From an uncultured Collinsella sp. (GTDB lineage: Bacteria; Actinomycetota; Coriobacteriia; Coriobacteriales; Coriobacteriaceae), in NCBI GenBank assembly GCA_902474885.1, contig CABRXF010000003.1:33062-97061 (forward strand): a stretch of 64,000 nucleotides of DNA, read 5' to 3'. Position 1 is the first letter of the stretch, and every line of letters begins with the position of its first letter. Shown here one piece after another: positions 9,686-18,773 of the stretch. The notes beneath the pieces were generated by a model. It was not told the DNA's origin. It saw only the letters and a program-made list of their open reading frames with translations, and ran no database searches. Made by a program: the position numbers and the translations under genes.

Positions 9686-9904
9686 GTGGTCAAAAAGTGG
9701 CAAATATGAGTACTGGCACGAAAATAGAGACATTTCACGAAGCCATTTTTGCTCATTTTGCGCAACAGATGTACGCTAATTTGACTCAATCTTGAGACAA
9801 AACGAAGTAAATTCGATAGACCCTGGGTTCAAAGAGGCGATTTTGACCCAAATACGCTGTTACTAAACTGGTAACAGTACTCATATTTGGCCTTTTTTGA
9901 CCAC
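9686..9904. repeat. MITE-like element, copy 1. 219 bp, bounded by ~30-bp terminal inverted repeats.
   Basis: Left end gtggtcaaaaagtggcaaatatgagtactg. Right end cagtactcatatttggccttttttgaccac. A second copy of identical size lies at 58478-58697. Confidence 0.7.
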
Positions 9905-9981
9905 GGGTCCTCTTGTTGGTGTCACACGGCTGCTTTGTGCGGGTATCCTAGTCCCAACGCGTGCCTATCAGAGGAGAAACC

Positions 9982-10920
9982 ATGCTGTTGTCCGGTATCA
10001 TCGCTACCCTTACGAGCCTTCTGCTTCCCATCATCATTTTGTTGCTACTGCTCCCCAACGCCTGTTATGTCGTTGAGCAGCAGCATGCTGTGATCATCGA
10101 GCGCTTGGGCAAGTTCAACCGCATCGTCAACGCGGGCTTCCACATGAAGGTGCCCGTGATCGACCGCAAGGCCGCCACGGTGAGTCTGCGCACCATGAAA
10201 AACGGTTTTGGCATCGACGTTAAGACCCAGGACAACGTGACTATCGGCCTTGAGGTCTCTGCTCAGTACCACGTGAGCTATGACATGGGCGCCGGCCCGG
10301 CAGATTCGGGCATCTACAAGAGCTACTACATGCTGCAGGAGCCCGTCGACCAAATGCGTGACTTCATCACCGATGCCCTGCGCTCTTCCATCCCCGTCTA
10401 CACGCTCGATGAGGTCTTTGCCAAAAAAGACGATATCGCCAAGGACGTCAACGCCACCGTGTCCGAGCAGATGGCCGCCTACGGCTTCACCCTCGTGTCG
10501 ACACTTATCACCAAGATCGCGCTGCCGACCGAGGTCGAGAACTCCATGAACGACATCAACGCCGCCCAGCGAAAGCGCGCCGCTGCGCAGGAGCTCGCCG
10601 AGGCCGATCGCATCAAGCGCGTTACCGAGGCGACCGCCGAGGCCGAGGCGATGGAAAAGGCAGGCGAAGGCATCGCCAACCAGCGCAAAGCCATCGCACT
10701 GGGCATCAAGGACTCGCTCGAGATTATCCAGGAGACGGGCGTCGGCAACGATGAGGCCAACCAGCTGTTCATGTTTACGCAGTGGTCCGAGATGATGACG
10801 GAGTTCGCTCGCACGGGCAAAACCTCGACGGTCGTGCTGCCGAGCGATTTCTCACAGTCGGCCTCGATGTTCGAGCAGATGCTGACCGCCGGCAAAGTTC
10901 AGAACGAGTCGAAGGAGTAG
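9982..10920 (+). CDS. SPFH / band 7 (stomatin-prohibitin-like) domain protein
   Basis: N-terminal transmembrane segment, then VVEQQHAVIIERLGKFNRIVNAGFHMKVPVIDR (band-7 fold), then an Ala/Glu-rich coiled coil. GAGGAG ribosome-binding site before the ATG at 9982. Confidence 0.8.
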   Translation: MLLSGIIATLTSLLLPIIILLLLLPNACYVVEQQHAVIIERLGKFNRIVNAGFHMKVPVIDRKAATVSLRTMKNGFGIDVKTQDNVTIGLEVSAQYHVSYDMGAGPADSGIYKSYYMLQEPVDQMRDFITDALRSSIPVYTLDEVFAKKDDIAKDVNATVSEQMAAYGFTLVSTLITKIALPTEVENSMNDINAAQRKRAAAQELAEADRIKRVTEATAEAEAMEKAGEGIANQRKAIALGIKDSLEIIQETGVGNDEANQLFMFTQWSEMMTEFARTGKTSTVVLPSDFSQSASMFEQMLTAGKVQNESKE

Positions 10921-10926
10921 ACGCGC

Positions 10927-11397
10927 GTGAAATATACCGTTGTTTGCGTTGGCAAGCTTAAAGAGCGCTTTTGGAAGGACGCGTGCGCCGAATACACCAA
11001 ACGCCTAGGCGCCTATGCCAAGGTAGATATGCGCGAGGTTGCCGATATCGATCCGGCCAAGGCGGGCGGTGTAGATGCCGCGCGCAACAAAGAAGGCGCG
11101 GCGGTTCTTGCTGCCCTGCCACCGCGGGCACATGTGATTCTGCTGGCTATCGAGGGCAAGGAGCGTTCGAGCGAGGAGCTCTCGACCCGTCTCGATGACC
11201 TCATGCTGCGAGGCAACAGCGACATCGCTTTTGTAATCGGCGGATCGGACGGCGTTAGCGATGCCGTACGCGCCCGCGCCGACGAGATGCTCAGTTTTGG
11301 ACGCATTACCTTGCCGCATAACCTGGCGCGCGTGGTGCTGCTGGAGCAGATCTACCGCGCCTGCAAGATTAGCCGTGGCGAGCCGTATCACAAGTAG
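10927..11397 (+). CDS. rlmH: 23S rRNA (pseudouridine1915-N3)-methyltransferase
   Basis: 156 aa SPOUT protein. MKYTVVCVGKLKERFWKDACAEYTKRL...IAFVIGGSDGV...HNLARVVLLEQIYRA. Confidence 0.85.
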   Translation: MKYTVVCVGKLKERFWKDACAEYTKRLGAYAKVDMREVADIDPAKAGGVDAARNKEGAAVLAALPPRAHVILLAIEGKERSSEELSTRLDDLMLRGNSDIAFVIGGSDGVSDAVRARADEMLSFGRITLPHNLARVVLLEQIYRACKISRGEPYHK

Positions 11398-11470
11398 GTC
11401 GGCAACACGAAACAATGGCGTGGGACAATGACTTTCGTTTTGAGGAACGCATCTGAGAGGACTGTGTGAT

Positions 11471-12241
11471 ATGAAGATCGGATTTGTCGGTTTTGGCAAT
11501 ATGGCGAGCGCTATGGCCGATGGCTGGATTGCCGCCGGCGTGGCCGCGGGCGACATGTGCGCTTGCGCAGGCCGCTACGATGCTCTGGTTGAGCGTTGCG
11601 AGGCGCGGGGCATGGCTGCCTGCTACGATGCGGCGGAGGTTGTTGCCGCATCCGATATCGTGGTCGCTGCGGTCAAGCCGTACATGATCGAGAAGGTCTT
11701 CGCTCCGCTCAAGGATGCGCTTGCCGACAAAGTCATCCTTTCGGTCGCCTGGACCTGGGATAGCGCCAAGTGGGAACAGGTCCTGTCAGGTGTCGCTCAT
11801 ATCTCGACGGTGCCCAACACGCCGGTTTCGGTGGGCGAGGGCGTTATCGCCTGCGAGAAGGCTTCCACGCTTAGCGATGAGCAGCGTGCCACGGTGTTCG
11901 ATCTGCTCGCAAAGCTTGGCACGGTGGTCGAGCTCGATTCGAGTCTGCTGTTTGTGGGCGGTACCGTGGGCGGTTGCGCCCCGGCGTTTGTCGCCATGGC
12001 GATCGAGGCTCTGGGCGATGCGGCCGTCAAACACGGTATTCCGCGCGCCGATGCCTATCGCATTGTGAGCCAGATGGTGCTGGGTACGGCAAAGCTGCAG
12101 CTTGCAACCGGTCAGCATCCCGCAGCGATGAAGGATGCCGTGTGCTCGCCCGGCGGTGCTACCATCAAGGGCGTCGTCGCGCTCGAGGACGCCGGCATGC
12201 GCAGCGCCCTCGTCAAGGCCATCGACGCTACTCTCCAGTAA
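11471..12241 (+). CDS. proC: Pyrroline-5-carboxylate reductase
   Basis: MKIGFVGFGNMASAM Rossmann N-terminus. C-terminal SPGGATIKGVVALE is typical of ProC. Confidence 0.85.
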   Translation: MKIGFVGFGNMASAMADGWIAAGVAAGDMCACAGRYDALVERCEARGMAACYDAAEVVAASDIVVAAVKPYMIEKVFAPLKDALADKVILSVAWTWDSAKWEQVLSGVAHISTVPNTPVSVGEGVIACEKASTLSDEQRATVFDLLAKLGTVVELDSSLLFVGGTVGGCAPAFVAMAIEALGDAAVKHGIPRADAYRIVSQMVLGTAKLQLATGQHPAAMKDAVCSPGGATIKGVVALEDAGMRSALVKAIDATLQ

Positions 12242-12396
12242 ACTGACCAATAAGGGACAGATTTATTTTGCAGGGTTTTCCTGCGGTTTTGTACCTTGGG
12301 CAAAAAGCGCCCCGCAGCTGGCTCAATTCCAGTTGCGGGGCGCTTGCGTTTGCCCAGATAAAACCGACCAAAATAAGCCTGTCTCTATTTGGCAGG

Positions 12397-12570
12397 TTAG
12401 TCCCAGAAGCTGTCTTCCTCATCCTCGGACTTGGGGCCGCGGTCGACATACATCTTATGGGTGCGCTTCTCCATCACAAAGGCAAGAATCGCAAATAGCA
12501 GGATGCCGCCGGCGAAAAGGATGGCAAAACCGGTGCGGGTGCCAAACAAAAAGGAAAAAACTGCGTCCAT
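12397..12570 (-). CDS. Small hypothetical membrane protein, 58 aa (below the ORF-track cutoff)
   Basis: Minus-strand ATG at 12570 to TAA at 12397. Translates MDAVFSFLFGTRTGFAILFAGGILLFAILAFVMEKRTHKMYVDRGPKSEDEEDSFWD, with one clear transmembrane helix. Confidence 0.35.
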   Translation of the reverse strand: MDAVFSFLFGTRTGFAILFAGGILLFAILAFVMEKRTHKMYVDRGPKSEDEEDSFWD

Positions 12571-12681
12571 TGGGTGCCTTCTTGCGTAGTTGAGTTGGGT
12601 CGTAAACGCTCATAAGTATATACTTGCCCATACATGTACAAGGTTGCAACCTAAATGGAATGTATATCGCCGGAGGATCTA

Positions 12682-13965
12682 ATGCTTGATATCAAGTTTG
12701 TTCGCGAGAACCCCGATGCCATCGATACCGCCATGGCAAATCGCCAGACGTCTTGGGATCGCGAGAAGTTCTTTGAGCTCGACGACGAGCGCCGTGCCGT
12801 CATCACCGAGGTCGAGGAGCTCCAGGCCACGCGTAACGCCGAGTCCAAAAAGATTGGCGCCCTGATGAAGGAGGGCAAGAAGGACGAGGCCGAGGCCGCC
12901 AAGGAGGCCGTGCGCGCCGTCAACGAGAAGATTGACGGTCTGGCCGAGCGCCGCACCGCTCTCGAGCAGGAGCAGTACGACTTCATGGCTCACCTGCCCA
13001 ACATCCCTTGCGAGGCCACGCCGTACGGCAAGGATGAGGACGAGAACATCGAGCGCCGTCGTTGGGGCACCCCGCGCGAGTTCGACTTCGACTTTAAGCC
13101 GCACTGGGATTTGGGCACCGACCTCGACATCCTCGACTTCGAGCGCGGCAACAAGCTCTCCGGCAGCCGCTTCACCGTTCTCGGTGGCGCCGGCGCCCGT
13201 CTTGAGCGCGCCCTCATCAACTTCTTCCTCGACACGCACACGAGCCGTGGCTTCAAGGAGTGGTGGCCGCCCATCGTCGTCAAGCGTCAGACCATGTTCG
13301 GTACGGGCCAGCTGCCCAAGTTTGAGGACGACGCCTATCACGTCTCGGGCGACAACTTCCTGATCCCTACCGCCGAGGTCGTACTGACTAACCTGCATGC
13401 CGGTGAGGTTCTGGACGCCGACACTCTGCCTCGCCGCTACACTGCCTTCACCCCCTGCTTCCGCGAGGAGGCCGGTTCCGCCGGTCGCGACACCCGCGGC
13501 ATCATTCGCCAGCACGAGTTCGACAAGGTCGAGATGGTCAAGTTTGCCAAGCCGGAGGAGTCCGACGAGGAACTCGAGAGCATGACCGCCGAGGCCGAGT
13601 ACCTGCTGCAGCAGCTGGGCCTGCCGTATCGCGTGATTAGCCTGTGCACCGGCGACCTGGGCTTCTCTGCCCGTCAGACCTACGACATCGAGGTCTGGCT
13701 GCCGAGCTACAACGCCTACAAGGAGATCAGCTCCTGCTCCAATTGCGGCGACTTCCAGGCCCGTCGCGCCAACATCAAGTATCGCGACCCCGAGAACTTC
13801 AAGGGCTCGCGCTACCTGCACACCCTTAACGGTTCCGGCCTGCCGGCTGGTCGTACCATGGCTGCCATTCTGGAGAACTACCAGAACGCCGACGGCACCA
13901 TCACGATCCCCGAGGTTCTGCGTCCCTACATGGGCGGCCTCGAGAAGATCGAGCCGGTCGCGTAA
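12682..13965 (+). CDS. serS: Serine--tRNA ligase
   Basis: N-terminal coiled coil ([12 protein letters not shown]...) and class II motifs ([36 protein letters not shown]). GGAGGA ribosome-binding site. Confidence 0.9.
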   Translation: MLDIKFVRENPDAIDTAMANRQTSWDREKFFELDDERRAVITEVEELQATRNAESKKIGALMKEGKKDEAEAAKEAVRAVNEKIDGLAERRTALEQEQYDFMAHLPNIPCEATPYGKDEDENIERRRWGTPREFDFDFKPHWDLGTDLDILDFERGNKLSGSRFTVLGGAGARLERALINFFLDTHTSRGFKEWWPPIVVKRQTMFGTGQLPKFEDDAYHVSGDNFLIPTAEVVLTNLHAGEVLDADTLPRRYTAFTPCFREEAGSAGRDTRGIIRQHEFDKVEMVKFAKPEESDEELESMTAEAEYLLQQLGLPYRVISLCTGDLGFSARQTYDIEVWLPSYNAYKEISSCSNCGDFQARRANIKYRDPENFKGSRYLHTLNGSGLPAGRTMAAILENYQNADGTITIPEVLRPYMGGLEKIEPVA

Positions 13966-13987
13966 GCTATCTGCATAGGCGATTTGC

Positions 13988-14022
13988 GAGGGCGCTCCTT
14001 TTAGGGGCGCCCTTTTTGTGTG
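13988..14022 (+). terminator. Rho-independent terminator after serS
   Basis: GGGCGCTCCttttagGGGCGCCCTTTTTGTGTG. Confidence 0.7.
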
Positions 14023-14136
14023 CGGCTATACCATGCCGTGCGGACAGCTCGATAGAAAACACACGAACAAACGTTCTGTATACATGCATTTACCTGCTAT
14101 GCTTTTGCTAACTAAGAGCAAGAGAAAGGGGATGTG

Positions 14137-14514
14137 ATGGAGCTGTTCGACGAGCGGGTTGTGTTGTTCCAGAGCGATGAGGGCGGGGAGCACCTGCTGG
14201 TAACGTGCGAGCCGTCGGGTATGGGTGGCTTGGTGGTTCGGCAGACGAGTGAGGGACCATTGACGCAATGGTGCTATGAGGAGTCGCCGCATGTGGTCGA
14301 GACGTTTGTAGCGCATGAGGCGCTTGTTGTCCTTGAGCACTTCTATGGCGTTGGAACTTCTAATCAGGTGGCCCGAATGCTGAGCATCTCGTTTGCCGAC
14401 TACGACTGTGCCCAACGGGTGCGGTCGCTTCTGGGGGAGCTTGACGCCGGGTTCGATGTGATCGAAAAGCCAATCGACCGCACGAGAAGCGCTGATGCTT
14501 GTGGTGCAGCGTGA
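14137..14514 (+). CDS. Hypothetical protein (~125 aa), no recognisable family
   Basis: ORF with an AAGGGG ribosome-binding site 6 nt upstream of the ATG at 14137. Lies between serS and tRNA-Arg. Confidence 0.4.
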   Translation: MELFDERVVLFQSDEGGEHLLVTCEPSGMGGLVVRQTSEGPLTQWCYEESPHVVETFVAHEALVVLEHFYGVGTSNQVARMLSISFADYDCAQRVRSLLGELDAGFDVIEKPIDRTRSADACGAA

Positions 14515-14593
14515 CAAATTGCGGCCCGCGCGAAAAAAGTTTGAGATTTTGCTTGACTCTAACGAACTAAAGTGGTTTTATATGTCTTGCGCT

Positions 14594-14670
14594 GCGGCGT
14601 TACCTCAGCTGGATAGAGGGTCTGACTACGAATCAGAACGTCATAGGTTCGAATCCTATACGCCGCACCA
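14594..14670 (+). tRNA. tRNA-Arg (anticodon ACG)
   Basis: GCGGCGTTACCTCAGCTGGATAGAGG...anticodon loop CTACGAA...GGTTCGAATCCTAT-ACGCCGC-A-CCA. Confidence 0.85.
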
Positions 14671-14936
14671 ATCGAACTTAAAGCCTCCGGCAACGGGGGC
14701 TTTTCTTTTAGGCGGACGCCGCATGGATTCGAACCTCGGTCGAGGCGCGGGCGTCAAGAAAACGCGGAGCGTTTTTAGCCCGCGGGCGAGTCCGCCGGCA
14801 GGCGGGCGAAGCCGGTGCGAATCCGCGCAAGCGGATACGCGGAATCCTATACGCCGCACCAATTGAAATTGAAAGCCTCCGGCAACGGGGGCTTTTCTTT
14901 TAGGCAGACGCTGCATGGATTCGAACCTCGGTCAAT
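14651..14936. repeat. Roughly 93-bp direct repeat (14651-14743 and 14842-14936, ~90% identity). Each copy comprises the 3' end of tRNA-Arg from the T-loop onward, a terminator hairpin, and the start of a GC-rich insert. About 1.5 tandem units with a 191-bp period.
   Basis: gaatcctatacgccgcacca-at(c/t)gaa..aagcctccggcaacgggggcttttcttttaggc(g/a)gacgc(c/t)gcatggattcgaacctcggtc occurs twice. Confidence 0.8.
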
Positions 14937-15035
14937 GGGGACTATTTCCCATCGACTCGTGTAAGATTTCGAGTATGCGCCTCGGTGAGCCCGTGGCGCG
15001 CTCTTTCTTTAGACGACCGATCAGGGTGATATTTC

Positions 15036-17477
15036 GTGGCAGAGCGTCCGACATACAAGCTCAGGTTTCTTGATCCCAAAAAGCGCTTTCCGGCCATGCC
15101 CGAGCAGTCTGCGGGACGATCGTATGGCGTGGTTTGGAAGCTCTTTGGCGATGACCAGCATGAATCATGCTATGTCGTCGAATTCGTCGGCAAAAGCCAT
15201 GTGTCGCTTTTGGGCTACGTGAGCGTTTCGGGTGAGGTCTATAAGGTGGACCGTCCCGTTAACGAGATGTCGCTGCCCGACGATCCCGACATGCAATTGA
15301 TTCTTGACGAGTCCGATTCCAACATCGGTGAGATTGCGGTCAGGGGTACCGATGGGACGATGTACTCCCGGGCGCGAGTCATCGGCTCTCCCGAAGGCAC
15401 CATGCGTGAACAATCCGATCGCGAGACGTGGAATTCGACGCGCAGCCTTCGCTACGGCGAGTTCATGGCCTCGATGTTCTTGCGTTACGTGGTATTTGCC
15501 GATTCTGAAAACGCTGTCTTAGGCACGGCAGACGGTGACGGCCTCGACGAGGGCATGAAAAATGCCGTCGACAAGATCAAACTTGTAAAACTCCCCGAGC
15601 CGGTTGAGGTACTGCTGGGTTTTGATTCCACGCCGCTGCCCGATGCAATCGAAACGTTGCTCTACCGCATTGACCATGCAGATAATCCAAGTGGCATTGA
15701 GCGCTATGCCGCCGCTTTGATGGGCGAAGTTAATCTGCCACGCCTGCGCACCATCGCGGCCAAAACCGAAATGAGCCTGGCGCGCATCGATCGCTCGAGG
15801 CTCTTCTATCTCAATTTTGACCGTAGCCTGCTGGACCAGGACGAGATCGATACCCTGCTTGCCGTCGAGTGCCGCCTGAACCGCCTATCGGGCATCCTTG
15901 AGCGTATTGGGGCAGGGTTGGGCCCCGTTGCCTCGTCGCCAAGCTTTGAGGGCTGCTCGCTCTTTGACCTATGGCATATCAGCAAGACGACAAACGACGT
16001 TCCTCGCTTGCTCGAAACGCTGTCGAATGACAACCCGTGGGCCAAGCCGGGGACGGTTGCGTGCCAGCCGGGTGGCGAGTGGGACGTTCGCACTCGCTTT
16101 GCACGTCTCGTAGAAGCGCTCAACGTGGTCACGCGTCTCGACTACACCTATCGAGCGAACGTCGCCGAAGGCATCATGCTGGTGCGATTTGGCCGCACGG
16201 TTGTCGATGCTATGCCGCAGCGCGAATACGATGCTCAAGATGACGCCTGGCGCGAGGTGGATGAGCCTAAGCGCGCGGCATGGGCCACTGAGCACGATGC
16301 ACGCATTGCGCTTACACTCGCGGCGGCTTGCTTTGCTTCGGGCGCTCGCATCATGCGCTGCTACGTGCAGATTGCGGCTCCCGACGGTGAGCAGGGCGAG
16401 CGCGTCGTTGAAACGTATTCCTTTGGCCGTGCGGCCTATCTGGCCGATTGCGTTTCTGTCGCCAAGGATCTTGAGAGCATGGATATGGACGACATGCCCT
16501 GCAAGCATTTGCTCGAGGCATATGAGGCAGATGCTCCGGACATGATTGAGCCTGCAGAGGTTCACGCTCGGCCACGCGATGACCATCGTCCATTGCCGCC
16601 TGCGCTTCGCGATTTACTGCTCGCTGATACGGCTGACGAGCTTGAGGTCATGGAGGAGGACAACGATCCGTATATCGCCCGCGTCGTCGAGCTGCGCGAG
16701 CAATCCAAAGTTGACCGAGCCGGCGCTTTCGAGGGCTTTTCTCGCCTTGTCGAGGAGCTGGAAGCCAAGTGTACTGTTGCTGAGCTTTTGGCGACGGGCC
16801 CGGTGCAGACCCAGTTCTGCGACAACCAGCTGGTGCGCATGGTGCTGCCGGTGATGGAGGAGGACCGTTCCGTGCGTATCCTTCGCGCTCCCGATGCGCT
16901 GTATTTTGCCCAGCATGAGATCTGCAGCTTTTACGCCGAACAAGAGGACTTTGAGCGTGCGCTGCCCGAGGTGCGTCGTCTCTACGATTTGGCACGCTCG
17001 TCTATGCAGTCTCACTTTGCCCTGATCAACGTGCTAGCACGCCTGGAGCGCTATGACGAGATTATCGAGGTGGCGCGCCACGGCCTGCGCATCGCCAGTG
17101 ACCGGCCTTCGATCGGTTACCTGTTCTATCGCCTGGCGTTTGCCTATTGGAACTGCGACCAGCTCGAGCTGGCGCTGGCGTGCTACCGCCTGGTGCCGCG
17201 TGGCGAGGAGTCGGGTGGCAGTGCGCAGGAGGAAATGCAGGGCCTTATGAACGAGATGGGCGTCATCAAACCGCCCACGTTCGAGGAGGCTGTCGAGACT
17301 ATCCGCAAGGCAGGTCTTGAGCTGCCGCCGGTGCCCGCCGTGACCAATCAGCTCGCGGATGCCGCCGTGCAACTCGTCGATAACGGTTTCTTTTTCTTGG
17401 CGCGCGGCTGCATCTATCAAATGTGGCGCACCATGGGCAACGATGAGCTCGGCTCCCTCAACCGCTCGCTGGGGTAG
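15036..17477 (+). CDS. Large hypothetical protein (813 aa). No Walker motifs. TPR-like helical repeats at the C-terminus.
   Basis: Uninterrupted ORF from GTG 15036 with an AGGGTGA ribosome-binding site. The C-terminal segment YLFYRLAFAYWNCDQLELALACYRLV is TPR-like. Nothing else recognised by eye. Confidence 0.55.
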   Translation: MAERPTYKLRFLDPKKRFPAMPEQSAGRSYGVVWKLFGDDQHESCYVVEFVGKSHVSLLGYVSVSGEVYKVDRPVNEMSLPDDPDMQLILDESDSNIGEIAVRGTDGTMYSRARVIGSPEGTMREQSDRETWNSTRSLRYGEFMASMFLRYVVFADSENAVLGTADGDGLDEGMKNAVDKIKLVKLPEPVEVLLGFDSTPLPDAIETLLYRIDHADNPSGIERYAAALMGEVNLPRLRTIAAKTEMSLARIDRSRLFYLNFDRSLLDQDEIDTLLAVECRLNRLSGILERIGAGLGPVASSPSFEGCSLFDLWHISKTTNDVPRLLETLSNDNPWAKPGTVACQPGGEWDVRTRFARLVEALNVVTRLDYTYRANVAEGIMLVRFGRTVVDAMPQREYDAQDDAWREVDEPKRAAWATEHDARIALTLAAACFASGARIMRCYVQIAAPDGEQGERVVETYSFGRAAYLADCVSVAKDLESMDMDDMPCKHLLEAYEADAPDMIEPAEVHARPRDDHRPLPPALRDLLLADTADELEVMEEDNDPYIARVVELREQSKVDRAGAFEGFSRLVEELEAKCTVAELLATGPVQTQFCDNQLVRMVLPVMEEDRSVRILRAPDALYFAQHEICSFYAEQEDFERALPEVRRLYDLARSSMQSHFALINVLARLERYDEIIEVARHGLRIASDRPSIGYLFYRLAFAYWNCDQLELALACYRLVPRGEESGGSAQEEMQGLMNEMGVIKPPTFEEAVETIRKAGLELPPVPAVTNQLADAAVQLVDNGFFFLARGCIYQMWRTMGNDELGSLNRSLG

Positions 17478-17566
17478 GGGCGGTATAGAGGGGCCGCACC
17501 GCGCTATTTGTATCGGCGCGGGCGGGAGGACCCGACAGAATCGGTAAGGCATAAAGCCGCCGAGCC

Positions 17567-17625
17567 TGCTAAAACTGTTAAACTCTGCTAAAGTTGCTAA
17601 ACTTTGTTAAAGTTGTTAAAACTGG
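17567..17625 (+). repeat. Phased short direct repeats: six units of (T)TGYTAAA / GTTAAA at ~9-10-bp spacing, immediately upstream of the ATPase gene. Iteron-like or a curved-DNA element.
   Basis: tgctaaaa ctgttaaa ctctgctaaa gttgctaaa ctttgttaaa gttgttaaa actgg. Confidence 0.6.
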
Positions 17626-17638
17626 CAGAGGAGGTCGA

Positions 17639-18721
17639 ATGTCAAAAGCTATTAATCCCTTTAAGCCAACAGCGGGCATGAATCCACCTGAGCTTATCGG
17701 ACGCGACGCTGTTTTGGATGACTTTGCCGAGGCTCTTGAGAATGGCCCTGGTGCCCCCGATCGACTCATGCGCATCTCGGGTGTCCGAGGCACGGGTAAA
17801 ACGGTGCTCCTCAACGCATTGGGCGATCTTGCGCGCAAAAAAGGATTCGAGGTTGTCGACGTCGCCTCAAATGCCGGTTTTTGCGACAGAATTCTCGAGG
17901 CTCTGCAGCGAAATGTTCGTCTTGCATCAATGTCGATTTCCCCATCGATTTTAGGAGTCAGCCTTGGCTCCGTGGAGCTGTCGAAGTCAGCCTCTCATCT
18001 GGGCGAGGCGATGTACGATGCCGCGAAGCGAGGTGGTTTGCTCATCACACTCGATGAGATTCAGGACGCCTCAACTGAGGAAATGCGCGAACTGGGTAAT
18101 GAAATGCAGCTCTTGATTCGCCAAGGGGCGAATGTCGCCTTTGCATTCGCTGGTTTGCCAACCTCTGTGGATGGCGTGGTGGTGGATGATACGTTGACGT
18201 TCCTTCAGAGGGCGAAGCATATCGAACTCACGCGGCTTTCAGATTTTGAAGTCGGCGGATCGTTTGAGGATACGATGAGGCGTGCGGGCAAGGAACTCGA
18301 CGAAGGCGTTGCTGAGCTTTTGACAAAGGCTTCGGCAGGCTATCCCTTTATGGTCCAGTTGGTCGGATATTACGCTTGGCAGGTTGCTGCGCGCAGCGGG
18401 TCGGAGAGCGTGAGTGAAGAGGCGGCTCGCAAGGGTGTCCAGGCGGCTCTTGATAGTTTCAATGCCATGGTGATTGCCCCCGCGCTGCGCAGGGTGTCGG
18501 AGCGGCAGTTTCAATATCTCGCGGCGATGGCGCAATGCGAAGGCGGCGAGATTACGAACGGTGATATTGCCAAAAAGATGGGATTGCCGGCGAATAAAGT
18601 CGGCTCGTATCGTAAACGTCTCATCGATGCGGGGTTGATTGAGCCTGCTGGCTACGGCTGTGTTTCGTTTGCAATTCCGTACATGCGCGATTATTTGTTG
18701 GAGACCGTTCGAGCGGACTAA
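17639..18721 (+). CDS. AAA+ ATPase with a C-terminal winged helix (Orc1/Cdc6-like 'ATP-binding protein' family)
   Basis: Walker A GVRGTGKT, Walker B LLITLDEIQ, C-terminal wHTH (ITNGDIAKKMGLPANKVGSYRKRLIDAGLIE). GAGGAGG ribosome-binding site before the ATG at 17639. Confidence 0.7.
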   Translation: MSKAINPFKPTAGMNPPELIGRDAVLDDFAEALENGPGAPDRLMRISGVRGTGKTVLLNALGDLARKKGFEVVDVASNAGFCDRILEALQRNVRLASMSISPSILGVSLGSVELSKSASHLGEAMYDAAKRGGLLITLDEIQDASTEEMRELGNEMQLLIRQGANVAFAFAGLPTSVDGVVVDDTLTFLQRAKHIELTRLSDFEVGGSFEDTMRRAGKELDEGVAELLTKASAGYPFMVQLVGYYAWQVAARSGSESVSEEAARKGVQAALDSFNAMVIAPALRRVSERQFQYLAAMAQCEGGEITNGDIAKKMGLPANKVGSYRKRLIDAGLIEPAGYGCVSFAIPYMRDYLLETVRAD

Positions 18722-18773
18722 TAAAGACTGGAGGCATCGACGCCGCCGCTGGGGTTGCCCCGTATCTTTGTCT

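Noticed and set aside
9598-9795. A 65-aa ORF inside the first MITE-like element
   Set aside because: It has no ribosome-binding site, an odd composition, and lies entirely within the repeat element between its inverted termini. Probably non-coding.
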